Shown here in pieces: positions 9,035 through 17,637 of a stretch of DNA of 64,000 nt. The translations under genes were made by a program, and so were the position numbers. The stretch comes from Desulfatiglandales bacterium (GTDB lineage: Bacteria > Desulfobacterota > DSM-4660 > Desulfatiglandales > HGW-15): contig JAWLEX010000001.1 in NCBI GenBank assembly GCA_041685835.1, forward strand, positions 11,374 through 75,373. Reading direction: 5' to 3'. The stretch's first letter is position 1. Each line of letters begins with the position of its first letter. The notes under the pieces were generated by a model that saw only the letters and a list, made by a program, of their open reading frames with translations, made no database searches and was not told the DNA's origin.

Positions 9035-9352
9035 CTAGACGCAGCCGGTCGGCTTCGGGAGTCCCGCCATTTTGCAGGCGCCCTTGCCCGGGCCGGAGGG
9101 GAACAGCTCGTAGATGTACTTCAGCTTGAATCCGGTCACCTTTGAGAGGATCCTTACCATGGGAGCGATGCCGTTCTTCTTGTAATAGTCCTGTAGGACA
9201 TTGAGCACTTTCCAGTGCTCGTCGGTGAGCTCCTCGATGCCTTCTTCCTTTTTCACGTGCTGGACCCAGGATTCGTTCCAATTGTTGAAATCGTCAATGA
9301 AGCCGTCTTCGTCCACATTAAAGGTATTTCCTTGAAATTCAATTGTCGGCAT
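9035..9352 (-). CDS. dsrC: Dissimilatory sulfite reductase gamma subunit / sulfur carrier DsrC
   Basis: 105 aa, MPTIEFQGNTFNVDEDGFI..., with a C-terminal arm ...GKGACKMAGLPKPTGCV carrying both conserved Cys (penultimate Cys and the Cys 10 residues upstream). GAGGAGG ribosome-binding site precedes ATG 9352. Confidence 0.9.
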   Translation of the reverse strand: MPTIEFQGNTFNVDEDGFIDDFNNWNESWVQHVKKEEGIEELTDEHWKVLNVLQDYYKKNGIAPMVRILSKVTGFKLKYIYELFPSGPGKGACKMAGLPKPTGCV

Positions 9353-9422
9353 AACCTGAAACCTCCTCTTCTTGGGAATAATGCTCAATATATTTAGACA
9401 CTTAGCTGTAGGCGGATTACAT

Positions 9423-9451
9423 TGTATATCGTAAAATTTTATGGATGTCAA
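9423..9451 (-). promoter_or_regulatory. Putative sigma-70 promoter for dsrC
   Basis: The minus strand reads TTGACA (9451-9446), a 17-nt spacer, then TATACA (9428-9423). It lies about 70 nt upstream of the dsrC start in an AT-rich gap. Confidence 0.5.
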
Positions 9452-9466
9452 TCCCCCTTTTAAAAA

Positions 9467-10885
9467 TCAAGAAATTTTACTCCTGCAGATTTCACGGTAT
9501 TCAGATGCTTTTCGAACAAAGCCTCCGGCCCACGAGGCGGTCCCCAATGCGTGGATGTGAGTATACAGGGCCAGGAGGTTTTTCCGGCTCAGGCCGTCCG
9601 ATTCGCCGTTGAGCCCGCGTCCTCGTTCCACCCTGAAGACCGGCCGGACGTCCTTTGTGGACCGGAAAACCGGCCTTGAGTAGTGAAACTCGTGTCCCCT
9701 GAGGACCGTGCCCTGCTCATAAAACGGGTTGTCTCCGGTCACTTCGAGGATGGTGTACCCGTGTCCCTGGGGTTTTCGCTCGAGCACGAAATCCACCGGC
9801 AGGGCCCCTACCATGGGGTGGGGCTCGCCGTTTACCACGAGGTTTTCCCCCAGATACATGAGGCCGCCGCATTCGGCATAGACCGGGAGGTCGGCCTCGA
9901 TCCTCTCCCGCAGGTCCGCCCGGAAGGTCTGGTTGGCCGTGAGCAGTTCTACCTGGGTCTCTGGAAACCCCCCCCCGATATAGAGCCCGTCCAGTTCGGG
10001 AAGCCGCGGGCTGTTAATTGCACTGATTTCAACAAGTTCAGCTCCCTCATTCTGCAAGGCCGAGAGGTTTTCCGGGTAGTAGAACCAGAAGGCGCTGTCC
10101 AGGAGGAAGCCGATTCGAGGTCCTGGTCCGGATGGAGGCGCCGGGGTCTCCGTGCCTTCGGGTGATTCCGGAAGAGGCCCGTCAACAGGGGGGGCATTGC
10201 AGGCCAGTGCCCACAGGGCGTCCAGATTCAGGCTCTCCCGAACCACCCGGCATGCCCAGGACACCGCTTCCTCGGCCCGGGAGCGCTCCTGGCGGGGGAT
10301 GAGTCCCATGTGACGTTCGGGAAAGTGGTTTTCCCGAAGCTTGCGTACGGAGCCGAGCACAGGCACTCCACAGTAGTGCTCCACGGCGCTTCGAACCACG
10401 GACTCCTGCCTGGGTCCGCCGACTCGGTTGAGGATGACCCCGCACAGGTCCAGCCCGGGGTCGAAAACTCGACACCCCATGACCACGGCTGCAATGGTCC
10501 TGGTGGTCATGGTTACGTCCACGATCAAAATCACGGGGCACCGAAGGCTCCGGGCCAGTTCAGCCGAGCTGTAGCGGCCCTCCAGGTCCAGGCCGTCGAA
10601 CAGCCCGCGGTTACCTTCGATGAGGGCCACGTCGGCCTGACGGGTATACCGCATGAAGGAATTCAGGATCTGGGTCTCGTTCATCATGAAAGGATCGAGG
10701 TTGTGGCAGGGCCTGCCGGCGGAAAGGGACAGCCAGCCCGGATCGATGAAGTCCGGCCCTTTCTTGAAAGGAGCCACCCGTTTCCCTTCCCCGGTCCACG
10801 CGGCGGTCAGGCCCAGGGAGAGAAAGGTCTTTCCCGATCCGCCTCTCAAGGCGGCAACCATCATTCGGGGTGGGGAGAAAGTCAT
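9467..10885 (-). CDS. dsrN: Cobyrinic acid a,c-diamide synthase family protein; by context DsrN (sirohaem amidase)
   Basis: P-loop ALRGGSGKTFLSLGL and a C-terminal glutamine amidotransferase motif YAECGGLMYLG. It lies between dsrC and the divergent dsrABD. Start chosen at MTFSPPRMM (10885); the ORF track begins at 10984. Confidence 0.75.
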   Translation of the reverse strand: MTFSPPRMMVAALRGGSGKTFLSLGLTAAWTGEGKRVAPFKKGPDFIDPGWLSLSAGRPCHNLDPFMMNETQILNSFMRYTRQADVALIEGNRGLFDGLDLEGRYSSAELARSLRCPVILIVDVTMTTRTIAAVVMGCRVFDPGLDLCGVILNRVGGPRQESVVRSAVEHYCGVPVLGSVRKLRENHFPERHMGLIPRQERSRAEEAVSWACRVVRESLNLDALWALACNAPPVDGPLPESPEGTETPAPPSGPGPRIGFLLDSAFWFYYPENLSALQNEGAELVEISAINSPRLPELDGLYIGGGFPETQVELLTANQTFRADLRERIEADLPVYAECGGLMYLGENLVVNGEPHPMVGALPVDFVLERKPQGHGYTILEVTGDNPFYEQGTVLRGHEFHYSRPVFRSTKDVRPVFRVERGRGLNGESDGLSRKNLLALYTHIHALGTASWAGGFVRKASEYREICRSKIS

Positions 10886-11198
10886 AGGATGTGTTCCGGT
10901 TTCCCGCCTGTGGCGGATTCCGTCCCCTGCTTTCCGGCCTTGGCGGTGCTGTAATCTTACGTCTTGTTTATTCGGGCCGTCCACGGCCGGGAAAGGAGGC
11001 GCTTTTTCAACCTGGAGGGCGGTTCCACATGATGTCGAGAGGAACGTCCTTTAAGGCGGTCGCAGGACAATGGCCGTTGATTCGGAACGGTTGCCCCTTG
11101 AGGCGGCCCCTTGGCTGCGGTGATAGAATCTTCGGGCGGGATTGTCAATCAAATATGGAAAATCCCAAGGATCTTCTCAACGCAGCTGCTGATTTTTA

Positions 11199-11227
11199 TT
11201 GACATCTCGACCCGATTCTGATTTAAA
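11199..11227 (+). promoter_or_regulatory. Candidate dsrA promoter
   Basis: TTGACA (11199-11204), a 17-nt spacer, then TTTAAA (11222-11227), in an AT-rich stretch. This would give a 5' UTR of about 220 nt. Confidence 0.3.
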
Positions 11228-11450
11228 TTCTAAACTGTTAAATAAAAATCTAGTAATTTCCGGCATTTGTGGTTGTTTGCGCCTTTGGGCGAACCCATAG
11301 CTCAAACGATCGGGTCCGTTTGTCCGGGCCGCGATGGAATTCTTATTTTTTGTGGGGAGGAGGTGAAGAACGCGACTGTCGACTACTCGGGGTTTTCCCC
11401 TTCGTCCTGAGAGGAACCAACCTTTTGTACCCTAAAAGGAGGCATGGATA

Positions 11451-12869
11451 ATGGAGTTTGAACCAAGAGAAGAACAAAAGAAACTAAAATACAGCGAGCT
11501 TCGAATTTACAGTGATGAGGAGCTGAACAATTACACAGAAGAAGAACTCAAGAACTTCAAGGTCAAGCACAATATCCCGGACCTGGAAGATCTGGAAAAG
11601 GGTCCTTGGCCGAGCTTCGTGGCCGATGCAAAGCGGGAGGCCCTGCACAGGAAAAATCTGCCTGCCGACCGCATGATGGTCGCTTCAGAAGCCGTGGAAG
11701 ATGTGCTGGGTCAGCTCCAGGTCTCCTTTGACAACGGGGAAACCCACTGGAAGCACGGCGGCATCGTGGGGGTGTTCGGATACGGCGGCGGCGTGATCGG
11801 CCGATACTCCGACATGCCCGAAGCGTTCCCGGCCGTGGCTCACTTCCACACCATGCGCGTGAACCAGCCCGCGAGCAAGTTCTATACGTCCGACTATCTC
11901 CGGTCCATCTGCGACCTGTGGGAGTACCGAGGCAGCGGCTTGATGAACTTCCACGGCTCCACCGGCGACATCATTTTCCTGGGGACCTCCACCGAACAGC
12001 TCGAGCCCATCTTCTACGAACTGGGCCATGTGCTTCAGCAGGACCTTGGTGGTTCCGGATCCAACCTGCGCACGCCTTCCTGCTGCGTCGGCAAGGCCCG
12101 TTGTGAGTGGTCCTGCATCGATACCCAGGCCCTGTGCTACGAGCTGACCCACTATTACCAGGACGAGCTTCACAGGCCGGCGTTCCCCTATAAGTTCAAG
12201 TTCAAGTTCGACGGCTGCCCCAACGGTTGCGTGGCCTCGATCGCCCGGGCCGACATGTCCTTCATCGGTACCTGGAAGGACGATATCCGGATCGACCAGG
12301 AGGCCGTCAAGGCTTACATGGGCGGCGATATCGTGCCCAACGGCGGGGCCCACGCGGGAAGAGACTGGGGCGAGTTCGACATTCAGAAAGAGGTCATCGA
12401 CCTCTGTCCCACGAAGTGCATGTGGCTGGAAGGTGACACGCTCAAGATCGATAACAAGGAGTGCATCAGGTGTATGCACTGCATCAATACTATGCCCCAG
12501 GCCCTGCGGCCCGGTGAGGATACCGGTGTAAGCCTGCTTTTCGGCGCCAAGGCACCGATCCTCGAGGGCGCCCAGATGTCCGTGCTCACCATTCCCTTCA
12601 TGAAGGCGGAGCACCCCTACGACAACATCAAGGAAGTGATCGAAAAGGTCTGGGACTGGTGGATGGAAGAAGGTAAAAACCGGGAACGCTTGGGCGAGCT
12701 CATTCAGCGCTACGGCATCCCCAAGTTCCTCGAGGTACTGGAATTGCCGCCCATGCCTCAGATGGTCACCGCGCCGCGGGCCAACCCCTACATTTTCTGG
12801 AAAGAGGAAGATGTCCCCGGCGGTTGGGAGCGAGACATCAACGACTACCGATCCAGGCATAAGAGATAG
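11451..12869 (+). CDS. dsrA: Dissimilatory sulfite reductase alpha subunit
   Basis: Motifs GPWPSFV, THWKHGGIVGVFGYGGGVIGRY, CPNGCVASIAR and the ferredoxin domain CPTKCM...CIRCMHCINTMP. GGAGG lies 8 nt upstream of the ATG, and an in-frame TAA sits at 11433. Confidence 0.95.
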   Translation: MEFEPREEQKKLKYSELRIYSDEELNNYTEEELKNFKVKHNIPDLEDLEKGPWPSFVADAKREALHRKNLPADRMMVASEAVEDVLGQLQVSFDNGETHWKHGGIVGVFGYGGGVIGRYSDMPEAFPAVAHFHTMRVNQPASKFYTSDYLRSICDLWEYRGSGLMNFHGSTGDIIFLGTSTEQLEPIFYELGHVLQQDLGGSGSNLRTPSCCVGKARCEWSCIDTQALCYELTHYYQDELHRPAFPYKFKFKFDGCPNGCVASIARADMSFIGTWKDDIRIDQEAVKAYMGGDIVPNGGAHAGRDWGEFDIQKEVIDLCPTKCMWLEGDTLKIDNKECIRCMHCINTMPQALRPGEDTGVSLLFGAKAPILEGAQMSVLTIPFMKAEHPYDNIKEVIEKVWDWWMEEGKNRERLGELIQRYGIPKFLEVLELPPMPQMVTAPRANPYIFWKEEDVPGGWERDINDYRSRHKR

Positions 12870-12881
12870 GAGGGAAAGGAT

Positions 12882-14069
12882 ATGGCATTATCTCAGGAAA
12901 GACTCGGACTTTTCAATCCCGATAAACCCATGGAGAACCGGCTCACGGACCTCGGTCCGCGGCATTTCTGGCAGAACTTCCCTCCCATTATTCAGAATAA
13001 CTACGGCAAGTGGAAGTACCATGAGATCCTGGAACCGGGTGTTCTCGTTCACGTCTCCGAGACCGGCGACAAGCTGTTTACCGTGCGAGTGGGCGGCTGC
13101 CGGTTCATGTCTGCGGAGCACGTTCGCGAGCTCTGTGAAATCGCGGACAAATTCTGTGACGGATATGTCCGCTTCACCACGCGGAACAACATAGAATTCA
13201 TGGTGGACACCCAGGACAAGATGGAGGCCCTGAAAAAAGATCTCCAGGGCCGCAAGCATGTCTCCGGCAGCTACAAGTTCCCCCTCGGCGGGACCGGTGC
13301 CGGCCTGACGAACATAGTTCACACCCAGGGGTACCTGCACTGCCACACCCCGGCCACGGACGCTTCCTCCATGGTAAAGGCCGTGCTGGACGATCTCTTT
13401 GAGTATTTCCAGGGCATGACCTTTCCGGCCCAGGTGCGTATCTCCATGGCATGCTGCCTGAACATGTGCGGTGCCGTGCACTGCTCCGATATCGCCCTGC
13501 TCGGGTACCACCGCAAACCACCGGTGATCGACCATGAGGTCATGGACTCGCTCTGTGAGATTCCTCTGGTCATCGCGGCCTGCCCCACGGGCGCCATCTC
13601 GCCGGCCAAGACGGAAGACGGCAAGAAGACCGTGAAGATAAAGAACGAACGCTGCATGTTCTGCGGCAACTGTTACACCATGTGCATGGCCGTTCCGCTC
13701 TCTGACAAGGAAGGCGACGGCGTGACCATCCTGGCCGGCGGCAAGATCTCCAACCGGATCAGCCCGCCGATGTTCTCCAAGGTCGTGGTGCCCTGGCTGC
13801 CCAACAACTTTCCTCGGTATCCTGAGGTCTGTGCGGACGTCAAGAAGATCATCGAGGCCTACGCGGCCGATGCCAACAAGTACGAGCGGATCGGGGACTG
13901 GGCCGAGCGTATTGGTTGGGAGAGATTTTTCGAGAAGTGCGACCTGCCGTTCACCGAGCACCTCATCGACGACTACCGGCTCCAGTACGACACCTACCGG
14001 ACCTCCACGCACTTTAAGTACACGGAAGCGGCCTGGGCGGTGTCCAGGGCGGCCGGAGGAATCGAGTAG
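12882..14069 (+). CDS. dsrB: Dissimilatory sulfite reductase beta subunit
   Basis: Motifs [32 protein letters not shown]...[11 protein letters not shown]. It starts 12 nt after dsrA behind a GGAGGGAAAGG ribosome-binding site. Confidence 0.95.
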   Translation: MALSQERLGLFNPDKPMENRLTDLGPRHFWQNFPPIIQNNYGKWKYHEILEPGVLVHVSETGDKLFTVRVGGCRFMSAEHVRELCEIADKFCDGYVRFTTRNNIEFMVDTQDKMEALKKDLQGRKHVSGSYKFPLGGTGAGLTNIVHTQGYLHCHTPATDASSMVKAVLDDLFEYFQGMTFPAQVRISMACCLNMCGAVHCSDIALLGYHRKPPVIDHEVMDSLCEIPLVIAACPTGAISPAKTEDGKKTVKIKNERCMFCGNCYTMCMAVPLSDKEGDGVTILAGGKISNRISPPMFSKVVVPWLPNNFPRYPEVCADVKKIIEAYAADANKYERIGDWAERIGWERFFEKCDLPFTEHLIDDYRLQYDTYRTSTHFKYTEAAWAVSRAAGGIE

Positions 14070-14108
14070 CCGGAGCGTCCGCCTCCGCGGACAGAAAGGG
14101 AACAGGCG

Positions 14109-14339
14109 ATGGAAGACATCAAAAAGGCCATCATGGACTTTGCCGAGGGCAGTAAAAAGACAAAGTTTTATTTCAGCGACTTGGAAAAGGCCGTGAAAAA
14201 AGTCAAACCCGACACCAAAGCCAGGGAAGTCAAGAAGGCTGCAACGGCTTTGATCAACGAGGAGAAGTTGATCTACTTCTCCACGGGAAGCAGCACCATG
14301 TACGGCATGAAGGGGCGGGGGCAGACAGAGGATCACTAG
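14109..14339 (+). CDS. dsrD: DsrD
   Basis: 76 aa, Lys-rich, with KFYFSDLEKA and YFSTGSSTMYGMKG. It lies directly downstream of dsrB as in the classical dsrABD arrangement. Confidence 0.85.
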   Translation: MEDIKKAIMDFAEGSKKTKFYFSDLEKAVKKVKPDTKAREVKKAATALINEEKLIYFSTGSSTMYGMKGRGQTEDH

Positions 14340-14373
14340 CCTTCGTTTCATACGCCTTGAATGAGTAGCGGTA

Positions 14374-14410
14374 GGAGGCCGCTTCTCCCATGGGAGGTGC
14401 GGCCTCTTTC
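14374..14410 (+). terminator. Stem-loop / weak terminator after dsrD
   Basis: GGAGGCCGC-TTCTCCCATGGGAGGT-GCGGCCTC followed by TTTC. The U-tract is short. Confidence 0.4.
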
Positions 14411-14573
14411 CGTATGCATACATCGGACAAAGACACAACGATCTCGCAAAACGCGGTATTTTCCGAAACACGTCGAGAACGCGTTCGCTCCTGGTATTCT
14501 CTGGGTCGTGACAGGAGGATAAACGGGTTTTGCGAAATCGACGGGAAGACCGCGTAAGTCGAAAGTGGAGAGC

Positions 14574-15209
14574 ATGATGAAGACACCCCAGGGCGCAGAG
14601 GAGTTTATTGCCGAGCAGAAGCAGAACCTGACGGAAAACCCCGAGTGCGCCAACTCAAGCTACAACATGGGCGTAGCGCTCATGGAGCAGGGAAGGCTGG
14701 ATGAGGCGATAGGCGCTTTTAACGACGCCATCAGCAACAGTGCTCGAATGTTCGAGGGATACGTCAATCTGGGATATATCTACTTCCAGAAGGGTGATCT
14801 GGAGCACGTGGTGTTCGCCAACAAGAAGGCCGTCGAGATCGAATCGCGTTATGCGCGCGGGTACGCGAATCTGGGTTTCGCCTACCTCCAGATGCAGCAG
14901 ACGGATGCGGCGATCGAGGCCCTGGAGCAGGCCATTGAGCTGAACCCGAAGATCGTCCAGGCTTGGGCCAACCTTATCAACGCCTACCTCCAGAAAGAGG
15001 ATGTGGACAAGGCCGTTGAAACGGGCGAGAAACTGACGGCCTTTGCCCCCGACTTTGGTCTGGGGCGCAACAACCTGGCATTTGCCTATTACTGTCGGGA
15101 CGAGTACCAAAAGGCGATCGAGCACGTGGATCAAGCCGTTTCCCTGGGGTTTGAGGTCCATCCCGAGTTTTTGAAAAGGCTGGAACCGTACCGCCGGGCC
15201 TCATTTTAG
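14574..15209 (+). CDS. Tetratricopeptide (TPR) repeat protein
   Basis: About five consecutive 34-aa TPR units, for example YNMGVALMEQGRLDEAIGAFNDAI and ANLGFAYLQMQQTDAAIEALEQAIELNP. Codon usage is host-like with C-ending codons. Confidence 0.75.
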   Translation: MMKTPQGAEEFIAEQKQNLTENPECANSSYNMGVALMEQGRLDEAIGAFNDAISNSARMFEGYVNLGYIYFQKGDLEHVVFANKKAVEIESRYARGYANLGFAYLQMQQTDAAIEALEQAIELNPKIVQAWANLINAYLQKEDVDKAVETGEKLTAFAPDFGLGRNNLAFAYYCRDEYQKAIEHVDQAVSLGFEVHPEFLKRLEPYRRASF

Positions 15210-15384
15210 ACGATCCCTGCAGCGGCTGTGACGGCACCAATTCCCACCAATTGCCTTGACAATGGGATTCAGCTCATAGTAGAGAAACGGACGGTATACG
15301 GGGTTTTCCGCTCCCCTACTCGGGGGCCCCGGTTTCGGCCCGGGGAAGGTACGAGTGGACTCACAATGGAAAGGAGATCCATCC

Positions 15385-15711
15385 ATGGCAGATTGTTTGA
15401 TCAACGTGTTCCTCAGCGATGACGACCAGAAAAAATTGGACGAGGCGGGACTGGGCGAGCAAGTCCTCGAGGTGGAGGGAAAGAAGGCGGTTCAGGTCCC
15501 CATGAGCAAAAAGGACCAGAAGAAACTGGTCAAGGGGTTCCCGGACCTGACGTTCGATGAGGCGAATGCCTGTGCGCTCCCGGACGAGGCCCAGAAGCAA
15601 CTGCTGGATATCGTCCTGGATCTCAAGACCCTGGACGTGATGAAGTTCGCTATCACCAAGCTGTACAACCCGCTTGCGGGAAAGGCGATTCGAAGCAAGA
15701 CCTTCGGGTAG
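15385..15711 (+). CDS. Hypothetical protein (108 aa)
   Basis: AAGGAG lies upstream of ATG 15385 and third positions are host-like and C-rich. I recognise no motif. Confidence 0.55.
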   Translation: MADCLINVFLSDDDQKKLDEAGLGEQVLEVEGKKAVQVPMSKKDQKKLVKGFPDLTFDEANACALPDEAQKQLLDIVLDLKTLDVMKFAITKLYNPLAGKAIRSKTFG

Positions 15712-15870
15712 ACCGTACTGGGCCCGCTTTTGATCATGCACCCCCGATTTCCTGCACCGTTGTGCGGCCACCTCTAGAGTATGGACTCTGTGGCCGCATG
15801 GGTTGACAGCCTCTTTTGCTGTTTTCGCCTCCAGATGCGGGGAAACGGCGTTTTAAAGTCAGGAAAGATC

Positions 15871-16521
15871 ATGGGGGTCGACGCGCTTTTTCGTTCCTAC
15901 GAGCAGCTCATGGCCCGGGCCGACGCCGTTTTCGAGCAAATGGCCCTGGATTACCCCGACGCCGTCCAATGTCAAAGGCACTGCGATGACTGTTGCCATG
16001 CCGTGTTCGGTCTGTTTCTGGTGGAGGCGGCATATCTTCAGCAGCAGTTCGCACGCCTGTCCAGCTCCGAGAAGGCTGAAACCGTTCTCCGTTGCGGCCG
16101 TGCGGATCGGGAACTTGCCCGTCTTCAGCAACAGCTTCGTGAACAGGAAGGAAAAGGGCCCGTGGAAGGGGACCCCCTTGCACTGGGGAGGGTCCGTTGC
16201 CCGCTCCTGAATGAGGAGCGGGATTGCGTTCTCTACGCCCAGAGGCCCATTACCTGCCGAATATACGGGGTCCCAACAAAAATTAAGGGCAAGGCCAGGG
16301 TATGCGGGCTATCCGGGTTCGATTCTGGCACCTCCTACCCGACCTTTGATCTTGACGGTGTGTTTCGGGACCTCTACGACATGTCCCGGGAACTCGTCCT
16401 GGACGCGGAGGGGGAAGATCCGGACAGGGCCGGGCTCCTCATCTCCGTGTCCAAGGTCCTCACCACTCCCCTTGAAAGTCTTATCCACGAACCCTTGGAA
16501 GGACCCGGTGAAGGGCGGTGA
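15871..16521 (+). CDS. YkgJ-family (CxxCxxCC) cysteine-cluster protein
   Basis: The motif CQRHCDDCCHAVFGL plus the downstream cysteines CPLL...C and RPITCRIYGVP matches the UPF0153/YkgJ pattern. AGGAAAG precedes ATG 15871; 15781 is an alternative start. Confidence 0.6.
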   Translation: MGVDALFRSYEQLMARADAVFEQMALDYPDAVQCQRHCDDCCHAVFGLFLVEAAYLQQQFARLSSSEKAETVLRCGRADRELARLQQQLREQEGKGPVEGDPLALGRVRCPLLNEERDCVLYAQRPITCRIYGVPTKIKGKARVCGLSGFDSGTSYPTFDLDGVFRDLYDMSRELVLDAEGEDPDRAGLLISVSKVLTTPLESLIHEPLEGPGEGR

Positions 16522-17632
16522 CGTGATCGTCGAGACGACTCTCGATCAGAGCCCGCTCTAAGACGGCTTCCTCCGCCAGGAACCCAAGTACGGGCCCGTG
16601 GAGGGTAAGCAGATCCTTTGTGGAGAAGGAGCATAAGAGATCAAGCACCTTGGTGTTTTCCTCCAAGACGGGGCCCCCTGACAGCCGGCGCTGAGCCAGG
16701 CCGGCGAAAAACCCTTCAACCGCCGCCTCGAGGGCATCATCTCCGGCCCACAGGGCCTTGCCCACCCCCTCCTTCCTGTCCAGCCTCATGCGAAGGACCG
16801 TATCCAGGAAGAAGTAGGCAAGGGCCACGGCCGGCATGGTTCCGTCGGCCGGTGACAGGCCCGGAAGTGGCGTGTAGGCCCGGGCTGTGGTGAGCCGGAC
16901 GTCCAGTTCGTTGTTCCGCGGCCGGACAACGAAGTCCCCGGCCGCGTGATGCCAGGCCCGCACCTGCATGAATCCGTCGGGATCGTAATATCGGCTGAGG
17001 ATTCGGGTCGCTCCCCGGAACAGGGACCGGCTTTCCCCTTCGGTGGCCCATCGGTAGCCTCGGGCCTGATCCCAGATCTCCACCCTGGGCCGCCCGCCGG
17101 GCTTTACCGCATTTAAGTGCCACTCGTGAAAGCCCTCAAACCAGTCGGCCAGGAGCACGAGGGCGGATATCTCGCGGTTTCCGGACCCGAAAGCCGCTTT
17201 GCCGAATAAGACCGGAACGGGCAGGTGAGGCAGACCGAACCGCCGGTGGAGTTCCTTGAGCGTCTCGACCTCCCTGGTGAGCCAGTTCCGGGCTTGTTCG
17301 GAGAAAGCCGTGCTCGAACACAGCTTGATCTGGTCCAGGCCCGCCTGAATCTCTATGCTTGCCACGTGATACATTGCGCCGTGCTTTTCAGTGCGGATCA
17401 GCAGGGACCCGAGCTTCTCCGGAGGGATTTCATGACGGACCTTGTCGCCCAGAATGCGGGAAAGCATTCGGCCCCCGTCCGCAAGGAGGAAGTCCCGCAG
17501 CCCGTTCAGATAATCTCCAAGGCTCAAGAAAGGGTGGGATTCGTCCAGAGAGAGCCGGAAAGGCGCGGAAAGGTGATCCGGGCCCAGTGGAATGTCGCCG
17601 TTGGGAGATGATGCGAGGTAGGTCACTTCCAA
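16481..17632 (-). CDS. Hypothetical protein (383 aa), last gene of a tightly packed minus-strand operon
   Basis: It lies 5 nt after the upstream gene and has host-like codon usage. No family could be assigned by eye. Confidence 0.6.
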   Translation of the reverse strand: MEVTYLASSPNGDIPLGPDHLSAPFRLSLDESHPFLSLGDYLNGLRDFLLADGGRMLSRILGDKVRHEIPPEKLGSLLIRTEKHGAMYHVASIEIQAGLDQIKLCSSTAFSEQARNWLTREVETLKELHRRFGLPHLPVPVLFGKAAFGSGNREISALVLLADWFEGFHEWHLNAVKPGGRPRVEIWDQARGYRWATEGESRSLFRGATRILSRYYDPDGFMQVRAWHHAAGDFVVRPRNNELDVRLTTARAYTPLPGLSPADGTMPAVALAYFFLDTVLRMRLDRKEGVGKALWAGDDALEAAVEGFFAGLAQRRLSGGPVLEENTKVLDLLCSFSTKDLLTLHGPVLGFLAEEAVLERALIESRLDDHVTALHRVLPRVRG

Positions 17633-17637
17633 GGTGG

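Noticed and set aside
9035-9451. The longer 138-aa version of the dsrC ORF, and the alternative call as TusE.
   Set aside because: The N-terminal 33 codons cross the AT-rich promoter region, and the GAGGAGG ribosome-binding site sits in front of MPTIEFQG. The two-Cys C-terminal arm and the dsr context support DsrC rather than TusE.
11444-11461. Five-codon upstream ORF (ATG GAT AAT GGA GTT TGA) overlapping the dsrA start.
   Set aside because: Its ATG is only 1 nt from the GGAGG, too close for initiation, whereas the dsrA ATG has ideal 8-nt spacing. It is most likely a fortuitous out-of-frame ATG.
11685-14471. Very long antisense ORFs opposite dsrA (11685-12860, 391 aa) and dsrB (12888-14471, 527 aa).
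   Set aside because: The sense strands encode unmistakable DsrA and DsrB. The antisense products are Gly/Arg/Pro/His-rich with no motifs. They are typical stop-codon-poor artefacts of GC-rich DNA.
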